DNA of 64,000 bases from Candidatus Omnitrophota bacterium (GCA_015233405.1 JADFXT010000004.1:36470-100469); one strand, 5' to 3'; counted from the stretch's first letter, positions 1 to 9,748 are shown. The notes: a model not told the origin generated them from the letters alone. Program-made: numbers and translations.

Positions 1-284
1 ATAAAATTCTTCGGAGTCAGCGTGTGAATGACTATCGAGCTTTCGATTAATGGCGCCCATCCGGAAAGGCCGGCCTTGTCTGGAAAACGTGAGGCATCAC
101 TTCGAAAAATGCTTGGCGGAGACTGCTTCTCCATGCCAAGAGCATCCACAATGTCGTCGAGAAATTTATAGCACAACGACAAGTCATCGCACACCCCGTC
201 CTTGCATCCATAAACATCCAAAAGCATTTGAAAGCCGAATGGTTCCGGTTTTTTAGTATGTTTCTTGATCTCTTTCTTTGTCAT
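1..284 (-). CDS. speH: S-adenosylmethionine decarboxylase-type pyruvoyl proenzyme (prokaryotic class 1B family), 3' end cut by window edge
   Basis: Absent from the ORF track because it runs off the window. Reverse translation from ATG at 284-282 gives MTKKEIKKHTKKPEPFGFQMLLDVYGCKDGVCDDLSLCYKFLDDIVDALGMEKQSPPSIFRSDASRFPDKAGLSGWAPLIESSIVIHTLTPKNF. The G-x-SG...ESS-I-x-IHT region matches the self-cleavage site of prokaryotic AdoMetDC proenzymes. Confidence 0.7.
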   Translation of the reverse strand, partial: MTKKEIKKHTKKPEPFGFQMLLDVYGCKDGVCDDLSLCYKFLDDIVDALGMEKQSPPSIFRSDASRFPDKAGLSGWAPLIESSIVIHTLTPKNF

Positions 285-517
285 TTGAACTGGTCCTTTT
301 TCCTATTATGTTGGTTAAAAGTTAAAAAAGAATTTCCCTATGCCTTCAGAAAATTCTTATGGATTAAAAATACAAATTCATTTTTTAAGCGCGGTTATTA
401 TGCCACCAGATTCTTTAATAGTCAAAGAAATATTTTGTGTTAAAACAAGATATTCGCGCGTTTAAGGACGATTTTATTGTTTGATTTTTAAGACAAATTA
501 TTCTAAGATATCCCCAC

Positions 518-718
518 ATGAAAATCACAATCAATGGCAAAAAAACAGCCTTAAAAAGCCCTCAAACACTTGCTGCAATCGTCCGCCAAACCTGTAAAGA
601 GCCCCAATATGTGGTTGCGGAAGTTAATGGTAAAATTGTCAAAAGTAACGGCTGGGCAAAAACTGTTATCCGAGAAAACGACGCCATTGAATTAGTCAGC
701 TTTGTCGGGGGCGGATAG
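518..718 (+). CDS. thiS: Sulfur carrier protein ThiS
   Basis: 66 aa ubiquitin-like protein ending in ...SFVGGG (C-terminal GG). It sits directly upstream of thiG and thiH. Confidence 0.85.
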   Translation: MKITINGKKTALKSPQTLAAIVRQTCKEPQYVVAEVNGKIVKSNGWAKTVIRENDAIELVSFVGGG

Positions 719-753
719 AAAAAACGATAGACCAGAGACACGAGACTAACACC

Positions 754-1542
754 ATGATAAGCAAAAAATCAGATTCCTTGATCATCGCGGGAAAAAAATT
801 TCAAAGCCGTTTCTTGCTGGGCACCGGGAAATTTAGAAATAAATCCGACGTCAAATCCTGTATCAATTCCTCAGGCACACAAATTGTCACCGTCGCGCTA
901 CGTCGAGTGGATGTCGAACGCCACGAAGAAAACATCCTTAAATATATTCCCAAAAACGTAACACTTCTGATCAACACCTCCGGGGCGCGTAACGCCAAAG
1001 AAGCGGTGCGCATCGCGCATTTGGCCAAGGAATCCGGTTGCGGGAACTGGATCAAAATCGAAGTCATCAACGACAGCAAATATCTTCTTCCGGATAATTT
1101 TGAAACCATCAAGGCCGCCGAACAACTCGTTAAAGACGGCTTTATCGTCTTACCCTACGTGAGCCCCGACTTAAACGTCGCGCGCGAACTTGTCAAGGTG
1201 GGCAGCTCCACCGTGATGCCGCTGGGCTCTTTGATCGGAAGCCGGCAAGGGATTAGAACCAAAGAACTCATTCAAATCCTCATCGACGAAATCGATGTGC
1301 CCATCATCGTCGACGCCGGGATTGGCGCACCCTCACAGGCGGCCGAAGCCATGGAAATGGGCGCTGACGCTGTTTTAATCAACACCGCCGTCGCGACCGC
1401 TTTAGACCCCGTCGCTGCAGCAAAAAGTTTCGCGCTAGCTATTACGGCTGGACGCCTAGCCCATTTAAGCGGAATGGCCCAACGCGCAGCTTCCGCCCAA
1501 GCCTCCTCGCCGCTGACCGGATTTCTCTACGAGCAATCATGA
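754..1542 (+). CDS. thiG: Thiazole synthase ThiG
   Basis: 262 aa with typical ThiG blocks (FLLGTGKF, VMPLGSLIGS, DAGIGAPSQAAEAMEMGADAVLINTA). ATGA overlap with the next gene. Confidence 0.95.
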   Translation: MISKKSDSLIIAGKKFQSRFLLGTGKFRNKSDVKSCINSSGTQIVTVALRRVDVERHEENILKYIPKNVTLLINTSGARNAKEAVRIAHLAKESGCGNWIKIEVINDSKYLLPDNFETIKAAEQLVKDGFIVLPYVSPDLNVARELVKVGSSTVMPLGSLIGSRQGIRTKELIQILIDEIDVPIIVDAGIGAPSQAAEAMEMGADAVLINTAVATALDPVAAAKSFALAITAGRLAHLSGMAQRAASAQASSPLTGFLYEQS

Positions 1543-2555
1543 TCTCTCTGTCTGAAACCAAAAAAATTTTAAAAGATAATGACCCGAAATCTTTAGAATG
1601 CCTGGCCCAAAAAGCCAAACGCTTGACCGAACAATATTTCGGCCACGCCATTTCGCTTTACGCCCCGCTGTATCTTTCGAATTATTGTAGCAGCCATTGT
1701 ATTTACTGCGGGTTTAACAATCATAACCGCATCAAGCGCTTCAAGCTAAATCTCGACGAGATGCGGCAAGAAATGTCTTATATTAAAAATAAGGGTATTG
1801 AAAACGTCCTTCTTTTAACCGGGGAATCATATAAAGCAACACCGCTTTCTTACCTCAAAGACGCCGTCACGACCGCCAAAGATTTTTTTACCAGCATTTC
1901 TTTAGAAGTCCATCCCATGGACGAAAAAGATTACCACGAACTTTTTTTAAACGGCGCCGACGGGCTAACGATTTATCAAGAAACATATGACCGTAAACGA
2001 TATAAACAAGTTCACGTAAGCGGCAAGAAAGCTGACTATGATTACCGGCGAGAAACGCCAAAGCGCGCGGCCAAAGCCGGATTCCGACATATTTCCTTAG
2101 GGATTCTTTTAGGCCTCTCCGTTGTTGCCGACGATTTATGGGCTCTTTATAAACATTTAGCGGAAATGGAAAAATCTTTCCCGGCGGTGGAATACAGCCT
2201 GTCCTTCCCGAGGCTTCGGCCGATTAAGGGAGAAAATTTTGCACTTTGTGACGTCGACGACAAAACTTTTATCAAGATCATTGCGCTCACACGGACCCTT
2301 TTCCCACGAGTCGGCATAAATCTCTCGACGCGAGAACCGGCCTATCTACGAGACCATGCCCTGGGGCTAGGCATCACCCGGATTTCCGCGGAATCGAACA
2401 CGTCCGTCGGAGGATACACGCTCCAATCGCCGGATGTCCAAGAGCCTCAATTCGACATCAAAGACAACCGTTCCGTTAAAGAAATCATCCGTGCCTTAAA
2501 ACACCGCGGATTTGACCCTGTCCTCACGGATTGGCGGCGGATTGACAATAGATAA
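1539..2555 (+). CDS. thiH: 2-iminoacetate synthase ThiH (radical SAM tyrosine lyase)
   Basis: 338 aa. The stretch LYAPLYLSNYCSSHCIYCGF contains the CxxxCxxC radical-SAM cluster motif in ThiH context. Translationally coupled to thiG. Confidence 0.9.
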   Translation: MISLSETKKILKDNDPKSLECLAQKAKRLTEQYFGHAISLYAPLYLSNYCSSHCIYCGFNNHNRIKRFKLNLDEMRQEMSYIKNKGIENVLLLTGESYKATPLSYLKDAVTTAKDFFTSISLEVHPMDEKDYHELFLNGADGLTIYQETYDRKRYKQVHVSGKKADYDYRRETPKRAAKAGFRHISLGILLGLSVVADDLWALYKHLAEMEKSFPAVEYSLSFPRLRPIKGENFALCDVDDKTFIKIIALTRTLFPRVGINLSTREPAYLRDHALGLGITRISAESNTSVGGYTLQSPDVQEPQFDIKDNRSVKEIIRALKHRGFDPVLTDWRRIDNR

Positions 2556-2670
2556 ATAGGCTTATGGCTTTTTAAGAAATTTTCAGTATAATACTTTTGC
2601 TCATTATTCTAAAAACAGCAAACTGAGATTTGCATTGATCTAACACAGCTCATCTTAAGGGAGGAACAAA

Positions 2671-3081
2671 ATGGAATTACCATTACAATTAAATTTTAAA
2701 GGCTGGAAAGACGACGGAGAAATCACAAACCTCATTAACGAAAAAATTGCTAAACTAGAACGTCTTTGCCATCATGTCATCAGTTGCCATATCGCCATTG
2801 AACAACTTCCTACGGCCCAGCAGACAGGACACTCCTATCATATCCGCATTGATGTCCGCATTCCGCCACACCATGAAATTGTCGTCGTGCGCGAGCCGCA
2901 AAAAGGAACACGGAGCCACACCCCGCTCTCCACACTTTTGCGTGATGCATTTGAGGTGGTCTTCCGCCAAGGCCAAGAGATCGTCAACAAGCAACACGGA
3001 CAGATCAAAGCGCATTCCAGAGAAAAACAAACTCCAAAAATATTACGTCAAAATCAGGAATCAGAAGAAATTTCAGAATGA
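2671..3081 (+). CDS. HPF/RaiA-family ribosome-associated protein (short, His-rich variant)
   Basis: 136 aa. MELPLQLNFKG...INEKIAKLERLCHHVISCHIAIE...YHIRIDVRIPPHHEIVVVREP follows the beta-alpha-beta-beta-beta-alpha pattern of the sigma-54-modulation/RaiA family. Strong SD (AAGGGAGG) upstream. ATGA overlap with thiF. Confidence 0.6.
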   Translation: MELPLQLNFKGWKDDGEITNLINEKIAKLERLCHHVISCHIAIEQLPTAQQTGHSYHIRIDVRIPPHHEIVVVREPQKGTRSHTPLSTLLRDAFEVVFRQGQEIVNKQHGQIKAHSREKQTPKILRQNQESEEISE

Positions 3082-3686
3082 ATTCCTTTGAACAAGGGCT
3101 CTTAAGATATTTATCAAAAAAACAGCTCGCCCAAATTCAATCGGTTCAAGTCGGAATTGGCGGTGCCGGCGGGCTGGGATCCAATGTGGCGCTACTATTA
3201 GTGAGAACCGGTTTTAAAAATCTTGAGATCCTCGACTCTGATAAAGTCGACATATCCAACCTCAACCGCCAGCAATATTTTCTAAAAGACATCGGCAAAG
3301 ACAAAACCAAAGTCCTTAAAAGACGCTTATTAGATATCAATCCTGATCTTCAGATCAAAATCCACACGATAAAATGGTCCGCGCACAACGGGAGCAAGTT
3401 TTTTAAAGATTGTTCTATTATCGTCGAGGCTTTTGATCAAGTTGAAAATAAACACGCGTTCGTCGAATTCTATCAAGACAAAGCAAAAACAATTGTCGCC
3501 GGTAACGGCATGGCCGGCATAAACAGCCCTAAGCCCATTCTCGTAAAGAAACTAGACAACATCTATTTTGTCGGCGATAATACAACTGATATTCGTCATG
3601 GCCATCCGCCGCTTGCTCCACGCGTGACATTATGTGCGGCCATGATGGCTGAAGCCGTTTTAAAACAAACACTCAAACCATCGTAA
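3078..3686 (+). CDS. thiF: ThiS adenylyltransferase ThiF (short E1-like form)
   Basis: 202 aa with the nucleotide-binding loop GIGGAGGLGSNVALLLVRTG followed by D-x-D...NLNRQ, typical of ThiF/MoeB E1 enzymes. Confidence 0.85.
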   Translation: MNSFEQGLLRYLSKKQLAQIQSVQVGIGGAGGLGSNVALLLVRTGFKNLEILDSDKVDISNLNRQQYFLKDIGKDKTKVLKRRLLDINPDLQIKIHTIKWSAHNGSKFFKDCSIIVEAFDQVENKHAFVEFYQDKAKTIVAGNGMAGINSPKPILVKKLDNIYFVGDNTTDIRHGHPPLAPRVTLCAAMMAEAVLKQTLKPS

Positions 3687-3699
3687 CTCCTTTTAATTT

Positions 3700-4689
3700 A
3701 TGCGCCACTTCATCTATCTTTTCATTTTTCTTTTCATCTGCGTCGACAGAACACCCAGCTTCGCACAGTTTAAAAAAGGTGGATTTTATTCCGAGGCGAG
3801 AAACGGCAACATCTCCGCCGTTAAAAAACTCTTAAACGATAAAAAAAACTTGGAACCCGCGCACCTGAACGATGCCCTTCAGGCCGCGGTGACCGGTAAC
3901 CATTTTGAGATGGTCAAATTCCTCGTTAAGAAAGGCGCCAATCCCAATCTCATCAGCGTCGGGCCTTCCCCACTCTTAATTAACGCTATTATGTATGATT
4001 ATTTTGACAGCGCCCGAGCCTTGATCCTGACCGGCGCGGATGTCAATGTGCGCGGTTATAAACGCGTCATTTATGAATTTCAGATCAACTGGGACTGGAC
4101 GGCACTGATGTGCGCCGCTTATAAAGGACGGCTCGAATTAGTCAAACTCCTCGTCGATAAGAAGGCCGATCTTCATGCGCAAGGATGGTCGCAGGTGCCC
4201 GATGAATTGGAGACGGCTGCAGATATCGCCGCTTATTCCGGGCGCGTCGACGTCTTAGAATATTTGTTAAAAAAAGGTGTGGCTATTAACCCCAACACGA
4301 TTTTCAAAGCCGCCCGCGGAGGGCATACAAAGGTCGTCGAGCTTCTCTTAAAAAAAGGCGATCAGATCAACCGCCCCGGGTCTTTGCAGGGACGGACACT
4401 TTTGATCGAAGCCAGCTGGTGGGGGCATAAAGATTTAATCGAATATCTTCTTAAAAATGGCGCCGAGATCAATAAGCAGGACACTCAAGGATATACCGCG
4501 TTAAGTGAGGTGGTCGCCAGCACCAGGGAAGATTTTTCCAACCAACTTGAAATCGCGAAACTTCTCGTCGATAATGGGGCCAATGTTAATCTGTCGGACT
4601 TTTTTGGCATCACGCCTCTCATGCGCGCCACCAAAGCCGACGTTATCCAATTCCTGACCGAGCACGGCGCTAAAAACAACCAACCTTAA
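3700..4689 (+). CDS. Secreted ankyrin-repeat protein
   Basis: 329 aa. N-terminal hydrophobic signal-like segment (MRHFIYLFIFLFICVDRTPSFAQ), then about 8 ANK units (e.g. TALMCAAYKGRLELVKLLVDKKADLHA, GHTKVVELLLKKGDQIN, GHKDLIEYLLKNGAEIN). Confidence 0.85.
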   Translation: MRHFIYLFIFLFICVDRTPSFAQFKKGGFYSEARNGNISAVKKLLNDKKNLEPAHLNDALQAAVTGNHFEMVKFLVKKGANPNLISVGPSPLLINAIMYDYFDSARALILTGADVNVRGYKRVIYEFQINWDWTALMCAAYKGRLELVKLLVDKKADLHAQGWSQVPDELETAADIAAYSGRVDVLEYLLKKGVAINPNTIFKAARGGHTKVVELLLKKGDQINRPGSLQGRTLLIEASWWGHKDLIEYLLKNGAEINKQDTQGYTALSEVVASTREDFSNQLEIAKLLVDNGANVNLSDFFGITPLMRATKADVIQFLTEHGAKNNQP

Positions 4690-4693
4690 AAAG

Positions 4694-5428
4694 TTATTTC
4701 TTATTACTGCGGACTCTCAGAGCTATCGCCAGGATAGATAGAATCAGAATGGCAAGAAAATAAAAGCAGCTGTAAACCACGATGAAAGGCTTCTGGACAA
4801 AATAATTGATCGCCGCTGACGGATTATGCAAAAATCCTTCCCCAATACCCGCCACAATATATTGAAACCAGAAAATACGGATAGGCGAGGCGATTAAAAT
4901 GGCCAAAAAATAGCGACGGAAAGAGATCGTACTTAAACCCGCGCCGATATCCTGAAAGCGAAACGGCACCAGCGGATTAAGCCGTAACGCCAAACTTCCT
5001 AAAAATCCTGTCCGCTTCCTCGTCGGCTGAAGATCTTTTTCCTTAATCCGAAACTTCACGCCAATAATGTCTTGCCCCAAGGCGCGGCTTAAGTAAAACA
5101 TAATGCCGCAATTGATAATCTCCGCAACAGAAACAAAAATAGTGCTTAAATACGGCCCAAATAAAATAGCACCCCCGACGCGGAAAATATCTCTGGGGCC
5201 TAACCAGATCAATGTCGTCGTGAGAACATAAAGAAAAACATAAACGATCCCGGTCAAGACCGGCGGAAGCTGCTGAAAATAACGCTGATAGCCGGCAAAA
5301 TCAAAATGAAATACCAGGCCAAAAAAAATAGGCACCACAATAAGCACGACGAAAAGAACCCACTTAAAAATTTTGTTCTCAAGCAGATGGTTCATAAGGA
5401 TCTCACCGTCCTCGAGCTCTTTCTTCAT
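4694..5428 (-). CDS. TVP38/TMEM64 (DedA-related, VTT-domain) membrane protein
   Basis: 244 aa polytopic membrane protein. The stretch GPRDIFRVGGAILFGPYLSTIFVSVAEIINCGIMFYLSRALG fits the VTT-domain pattern. The true start may be the second Met (5395), which removes the overlap with mnmG. Confidence 0.7.
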   Translation of the reverse strand: MKKELEDGEILMNHLLENKIFKWVLFVVLIVVPIFFGLVFHFDFAGYQRYFQQLPPVLTGIVYVFLYVLTTTLIWLGPRDIFRVGGAILFGPYLSTIFVSVAEIINCGIMFYLSRALGQDIIGVKFRIKEKDLQPTRKRTGFLGSLALRLNPLVPFRFQDIGAGLSTISFRRYFLAILIASPIRIFWFQYIVAGIGEGFLHNPSAAINYFVQKPFIVVYSCFYFLAILILSILAIALRVRSNKK

Positions 5429-7289
5429 TTCTTTTCTTTAAATAGATCATCAGAATCGAGATGGCCGCCGGCGTCACGCCGGAAATACGCAGCGCCTGGC
5501 CTAAGTTGACCGGCGCAAAACTTTTTAATTTCTGACGGATCTCGATCGACAGACCTGAAACCGTATCATAATCCATATCCGACGGGATTTTAATATTCTC
5601 GATATGCTTAAACCGCTCAACATCTTTTTGCTGTCTGGTGATAAATCCTTCATATTTGATTTCATATTCGATCTGTTCGACGGATTTAGGCGGCAGGTCT
5701 TTAAGCTGGACGTCTAATAAAGATAAAACAGCCAAAGAAATCTCCGGGCGCTTAAGCAAATCGCTTAAAGAAGTCGGCCGCCTTAAAGGAGCGCTTTCGG
5801 CGCGCTCTAAAATTTCATTCACGTCCTTCGACACAGATATTTTTGTCGTCTTTAAATACTGTATTTTGTCGTCGATAAAATGATATTTTTCTTCTACCTT
5901 TTTAAAATCCTCCTGGCTTAAAAGCCCGAATTGATAAGCATATTTTGCCAAACGCTTATCCGCATTGTCTTCGCGGACGATCAGACGATATTCAACCCGG
6001 GAGGTAAACATCCGATACGGCTCTTGCGTTCCTTTTGTTACAAGGTCGTCGATCAAAACACCGATATACGCCTCATCGCGCCTTAAAATGAACGGCTCTT
6101 TCCCTTGAACTTTTAAAGCAGCATTAATACCGGCGATCAACCCTTGCGCTGCGGCTTCTTCATAACCCGTTGTCCCATTAATTTGCCCGGCCAAAAATAA
6201 CCCTTCGATTCTCTTGGTTTCCAAAGAAGCCTTTAACGACGTCGGAGGAACAACGGCATGTTCGATAGAATATCCATAACGATTGAACTTCACATGCTCT
6301 AACCCTTGAATGGAGCGGACGAATTCTTCCTGGACCTCAGCGGGCAACCCTGTCGAAATCCCATTGGGATAATACTCGTCGGTATCAAGCCCTTCCGGCT
6401 CTAAAAATACCTGGTGGCTTTTTTTATCAGCGAATTTCTTGAGTTTGTCCTCAATGGAAGGGCAATACCGAACACCCGTGGCCTGAATTTGCCCGGAATA
6501 CATCGGCGACAAATGCATGTTCGCCTTGATAATGTCATGAGTCTCCTCGCTGGTGTGCGTAATGTAACACGCCAAGAGTTTCTGGTTTAAAGGGATCATC
6601 GGCGTACGGAAAGAAAACGGCACCGGAGGCTCGTCGGAATATTGCGGCTCAAGGCTTGAAAAATCAATCGTTGTGCCGTCTAAACGCGGAGGCGTTCCCG
6701 TCTTAAAGGCCCAAATTTCAAACCCCAATTTCTTCAAACTGTCTGCCAAGGCATGACACGCCGGCTCACCGATGCGCCCGCCGGCCGTGATGGATTTCCC
6801 GACGTGGATTCGCCCATTTAAAAAAGTTCCGGCAGCGATCACAATCGTTTTACAGGCTATTTCTTTGCCCTCTTGGGTTTTAAGCGCAACGATCTTCCCG
6901 TCTTTGGCCACAAGCTCTGTTGCTTCATCTTCTAAAATATCCAGGTTATCTTGACGGCGTAAAACATCCTGCATATAAAGTTTATAACGTTTGCGGTCGG
7001 CCTGGCACCGGGAAGACCGTACTGCTTGCCCCTTAGAGGCATTCAGCTGGCGAAATTGAATTCCCGTTTTGTCAGCGGCCAAACCCATTTCTCCGCCCAG
7101 GGCATCAATTTCCTTGACGAGCTGGCCCTTCCCCACGCCGCCGATGGCCGGATTACAGCTCATCTGGCCGATGGTGTCAAAAAACAACGTCACCATAAGG
7201 GTTGACGCGCCCATGCGGCTTGCGGCTAAAGCAGCCTCGACGCCGGCATGCCCTGCGCCGATAACGATACAATCATATGCATTTTTCAT
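5403..7289 (-). CDS. mnmG: tRNA uridine 5-carboxymethylaminomethyl modification enzyme MnmG (GidA)
   Basis: 628 aa. N-terminal FAD motif DCIVIGAGHAGVEAALAASRMG, then SCNPAIGGVGKGQLVKEIDALGG and other highly conserved GidA blocks. Confidence 0.95.
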   Translation of the reverse strand: MKNAYDCIVIGAGHAGVEAALAASRMGASTLMVTLFFDTIGQMSCNPAIGGVGKGQLVKEIDALGGEMGLAADKTGIQFRQLNASKGQAVRSSRCQADRKRYKLYMQDVLRRQDNLDILEDEATELVAKDGKIVALKTQEGKEIACKTIVIAAGTFLNGRIHVGKSITAGGRIGEPACHALADSLKKLGFEIWAFKTGTPPRLDGTTIDFSSLEPQYSDEPPVPFSFRTPMIPLNQKLLACYITHTSEETHDIIKANMHLSPMYSGQIQATGVRYCPSIEDKLKKFADKKSHQVFLEPEGLDTDEYYPNGISTGLPAEVQEEFVRSIQGLEHVKFNRYGYSIEHAVVPPTSLKASLETKRIEGLFLAGQINGTTGYEEAAAQGLIAGINAALKVQGKEPFILRRDEAYIGVLIDDLVTKGTQEPYRMFTSRVEYRLIVREDNADKRLAKYAYQFGLLSQEDFKKVEEKYHFIDDKIQYLKTTKISVSKDVNEILERAESAPLRRPTSLSDLLKRPEISLAVLSLLDVQLKDLPPKSVEQIEYEIKYEGFITRQQKDVERFKHIENIKIPSDMDYDTVSGLSIEIRQKLKSFAPVNLGQALRISGVTPAAISILMIYLKKRNEERARGR

Positions 7290-7398
7290 GATTTTCTTGG
7301 CCGTGTTGTTGATAATAGTTTCTCAAATGTAACGTGAAAAAAAGATTTTGTCAAGGAAGACAAACTGAGGAATGAGCTCGTATAAATATAAAAAAGTA

Positions 7399-8403
7399 TT
7401 ATCCTTTGGAGGGAGCGCAGGAATCACGGACAATCAATTCCGGCTTAAGGAGAATTTTTTGGGTCGGCATGGTTTTCCCCTTCATCATTTCATAAAGATA
7501 ATGAACGGCATCTTTGGCCATTTCAAACAAAGGCTGTTTGATGGTCGTAAGGGCCACGGGGCCATAAAGACAAATGGGATTATCATCAAACCCGACGACC
7601 GAAATATCCTCGGGGATCTTAATGCCGTTTTCCAGAAATACCGCAATCGCTTCCAACGCCATATCGTCGCTGGCAGCGAACACCGCTGTCGGACGGTCAG
7701 CCAGGGTCAATATCTTTTCTGCCGCCAGACGGGCAGACCGCCTTGAATAATCCCCTTTAAGCACATAATCTTCCGGAAGAGAAATCTGTTTTTTCTTTAA
7801 AATTTTTGTAAATCCCTGAAGTCGCTGGAAACCGGATTGCGTGTTAATGTCTCCCGTAATAGTGGCGATCTTTTTATGCCCAAAACCGGACAAATAATCC
7901 CCGGCCAATTCTCCACCTAAAACGTTATCCACGGCAATATAATTGACCTCAAAATCCTCGACTTTATGGTTCACGACAAAACACGGTGTTCCATTTTTAA
8001 GCGCCGCTTCCACCTGTCTTCTATTTTCGATAACATCCGCAAAGACGATCCCGCCGACATGCGTCGAGTTCAAAGGATTTAACCCATTGGTAATATGAAA
8101 TACCATGTCGAGTTGGAGCGTTTCGCAGGAATGGCCAACGCCACGGATCACTTCAATCGCATAAAAGGAATGGAAAATCCCGGGATAACCGGGAATGACA
8201 AGGCCGATAGAATTATTGACACCGCTCGCTAAACGCTGGGCGCTGACATCAGGCTGGAAATGCAAATGCGCAATCGCTTCTTCGACTTTAATGCGGTTTT
8301 TCTTCGAGACGGTAGGGACATTATTAATGACCCGAGAAACGGTTGTAATGGAAACTCCCGCACGCTGGGCTACATCCGAAATACTGACCTTCTTTTTTTC
8401 CAT
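7399..8403 (-). CDS. LacI-family transcriptional regulator
   Basis: 334 aa. N-terminal HTH VSISDVAQRAGVSITTVSRVINN followed by a periplasmic-binding-protein-like sugar-binding core. Confidence 0.9.
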   Translation of the reverse strand: MEKKKVSISDVAQRAGVSITTVSRVINNVPTVSKKNRIKVEEAIAHLHFQPDVSAQRLASGVNNSIGLVIPGYPGIFHSFYAIEVIRGVGHSCETLQLDMVFHITNGLNPLNSTHVGGIVFADVIENRRQVEAALKNGTPCFVVNHKVEDFEVNYIAVDNVLGGELAGDYLSGFGHKKIATITGDINTQSGFQRLQGFTKILKKKQISLPEDYVLKGDYSRRSARLAAEKILTLADRPTAVFAASDDMALEAIAVFLENGIKIPEDISVVGFDDNPICLYGPVALTTIKQPLFEMAKDAVHYLYEMMKGKTMPTQKILLKPELIVRDSCAPSKG

Positions 8404-8437
8404 TTTTATCCGTAGGTTTTGTTATTTCTAACAAGGG

Positions 8438-9748
8438 TTACCTGACGATATCGCCAACTTCAATCTTCTTCATCTGCTCTTTGATGTCGGCGGCAGAAAT
8501 ATCTTTCCGCACCTGAATCACTTGAACACGGGCGATATAATCGGCGCCGTGATAAACACTTAAAGTCTCGCCGATCTTGATCCCTTGCGATTCGCCGATG
8601 TTCACAATGACAAAATTGTTATCCTCATTAAGGCTTAACACTTTTCCCTGATATCCAGGCGTTTGCACGATAGGGTTATAAACATCTTTAGGCTGCTGAG
8701 ATTCAATGACGATCGCCGGTAATTCAATTCCCGTCTGAGGATTATCGGGACGATTCGGGGTAGGATTAAGATGGTTCCTAATATCCTGCGCTTCCGTAAG
8801 CTTATTGTCGATCAGATCACCCGCCTGAGAAAGCCGTTGTCCAATGCGGTCGTTTTCTTGACGCAAATTCAAAACTGTTTTTTCCAAACCGGTTTTAGCC
8901 GCGATCAATTCTCTAATTTGTTTTCGTAATGCCGTATTTTCATCGTTCAATTGTTCCGACTGGCCCGTCACATACCGCTTGTTCAATTTAGATCGCGCCA
9001 ACTCCAAAGATAAACTATTGATCACTTCAATCTTATATTTCACGTCTTGATCGACCCGCACTTTTTCTTTCTTTAATCCATCCAATTCTAACTGAAGGTT
9101 CGCATTCTTCTGGCCTAAATCCACAATTTCCATAGAACTTTTTGCAAGAGTTTCTTTCGCGCGGGTTAATTCAACTTCCAAAGCTGCTTTTTGCCGGACG
9201 ATCGAAGCCCAGTATTCGTCCTCGCTACCTAACACGGGATTTTGCGGTGTGCCGGGAGCAGCTTCCAATTCTTTCTTAACTTCCGTCTTGGGAGCGGCAA
9301 CTTCTTTGATGACTTCTTTATAAATAACTTTAGGTTTTTCCTTAAGTTTTTGAACTAAAACGTCTCGCTCTTTACGAATTTCATCCAAATGTTCTTTATT
9401 CTTCTTATCAGATTCTTGAGCGCTCGCCAGCTGTTTCTGATTTTCCTCGACCTGCCCTTCCAAACCTTTTATTTTTTTATTAAAAGCATATCGTTCTTTT
9501 TCAAACGCCTCAACCGTAGCCTTCAACTGTTTGATCTGATCCTGATATTGCAGCTCGCCATCTTTCAAAGATTTTATCTGAATAATATATTTCTTCGCAT
9601 CGTCCTCTAATTTCTGGACTTGCGCTTGAAGGGCCTTGCCTACCACGTCGACTTTCTGTTTTTCCATCAAAATATAACCAGAAAATAAGAGGGTAAGAAC
9701 TAATAATATAATTAAAACAAGGATACTTTGTCGGGCGATTTGTGACAT
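8438..9748 (-). CDS. Membrane-anchored long coiled-coil protein with small C-terminal beta domain
   Basis: 436 aa. One N-terminal TM (ILVLIILLVLTLLFSGYILM), about 300 aa of K/E/Q-rich heptad sequence, and a C-terminal GKVLSLNEDNNFVIVNIGESQGIKIGETLSVYH...VGDIV segment. Function unknown. Confidence 0.7.
   Translation of the reverse strand: MSQIARQSILVLIILLVLTLLFSGYILMEKQKVDVVGKALQAQVQKLEDDAKKYIIQIKSLKDGELQYQDQIKQLKATVEAFEKERYAFNKKIKGLEGQVEENQKQLASAQESDKKNKEHLDEIRKERDVLVQKLKEKPKVIYKEVIKEVAAPKTEVKKELEAAPGTPQNPVLGSEDEYWASIVRQKAALEVELTRAKETLAKSSMEIVDLGQKNANLQLELDGLKKEKVRVDQDVKYKIEVINSLSLELARSKLNKRYVTGQSEQLNDENTALRKQIRELIAAKTGLEKTVLNLRQENDRIGQRLSQAGDLIDNKLTEAQDIRNHLNPTPNRPDNPQTGIELPAIVIESQQPKDVYNPIVQTPGYQGKVLSLNEDNNFVIVNIGESQGIKIGETLSVYHGADYIARVQVIQVRKDISAADIKEQMKKIEVGDIVR

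Noticed and set aside
50-443. Plus-strand ORFs 50-256 and 228-443.
   Set aside because: The first is antisense to the well-supported AdoMetDC-like gene. The second lies in the AT-rich divergent promoter region, has odd composition (F/L/K/C-rich) and has no SD.
285-517. Possible TPP (THI-box) riboswitch upstream of thiS. A ggttattatgccacc segment vaguely recalls the P4/P5 pyrophosphate helix on the opposite strand.
   Set aside because: There is no CUGAGA core, the orientation is wrong for thiS, and no convincing helices can be drawn. An Infernal scan would be needed to be sure.
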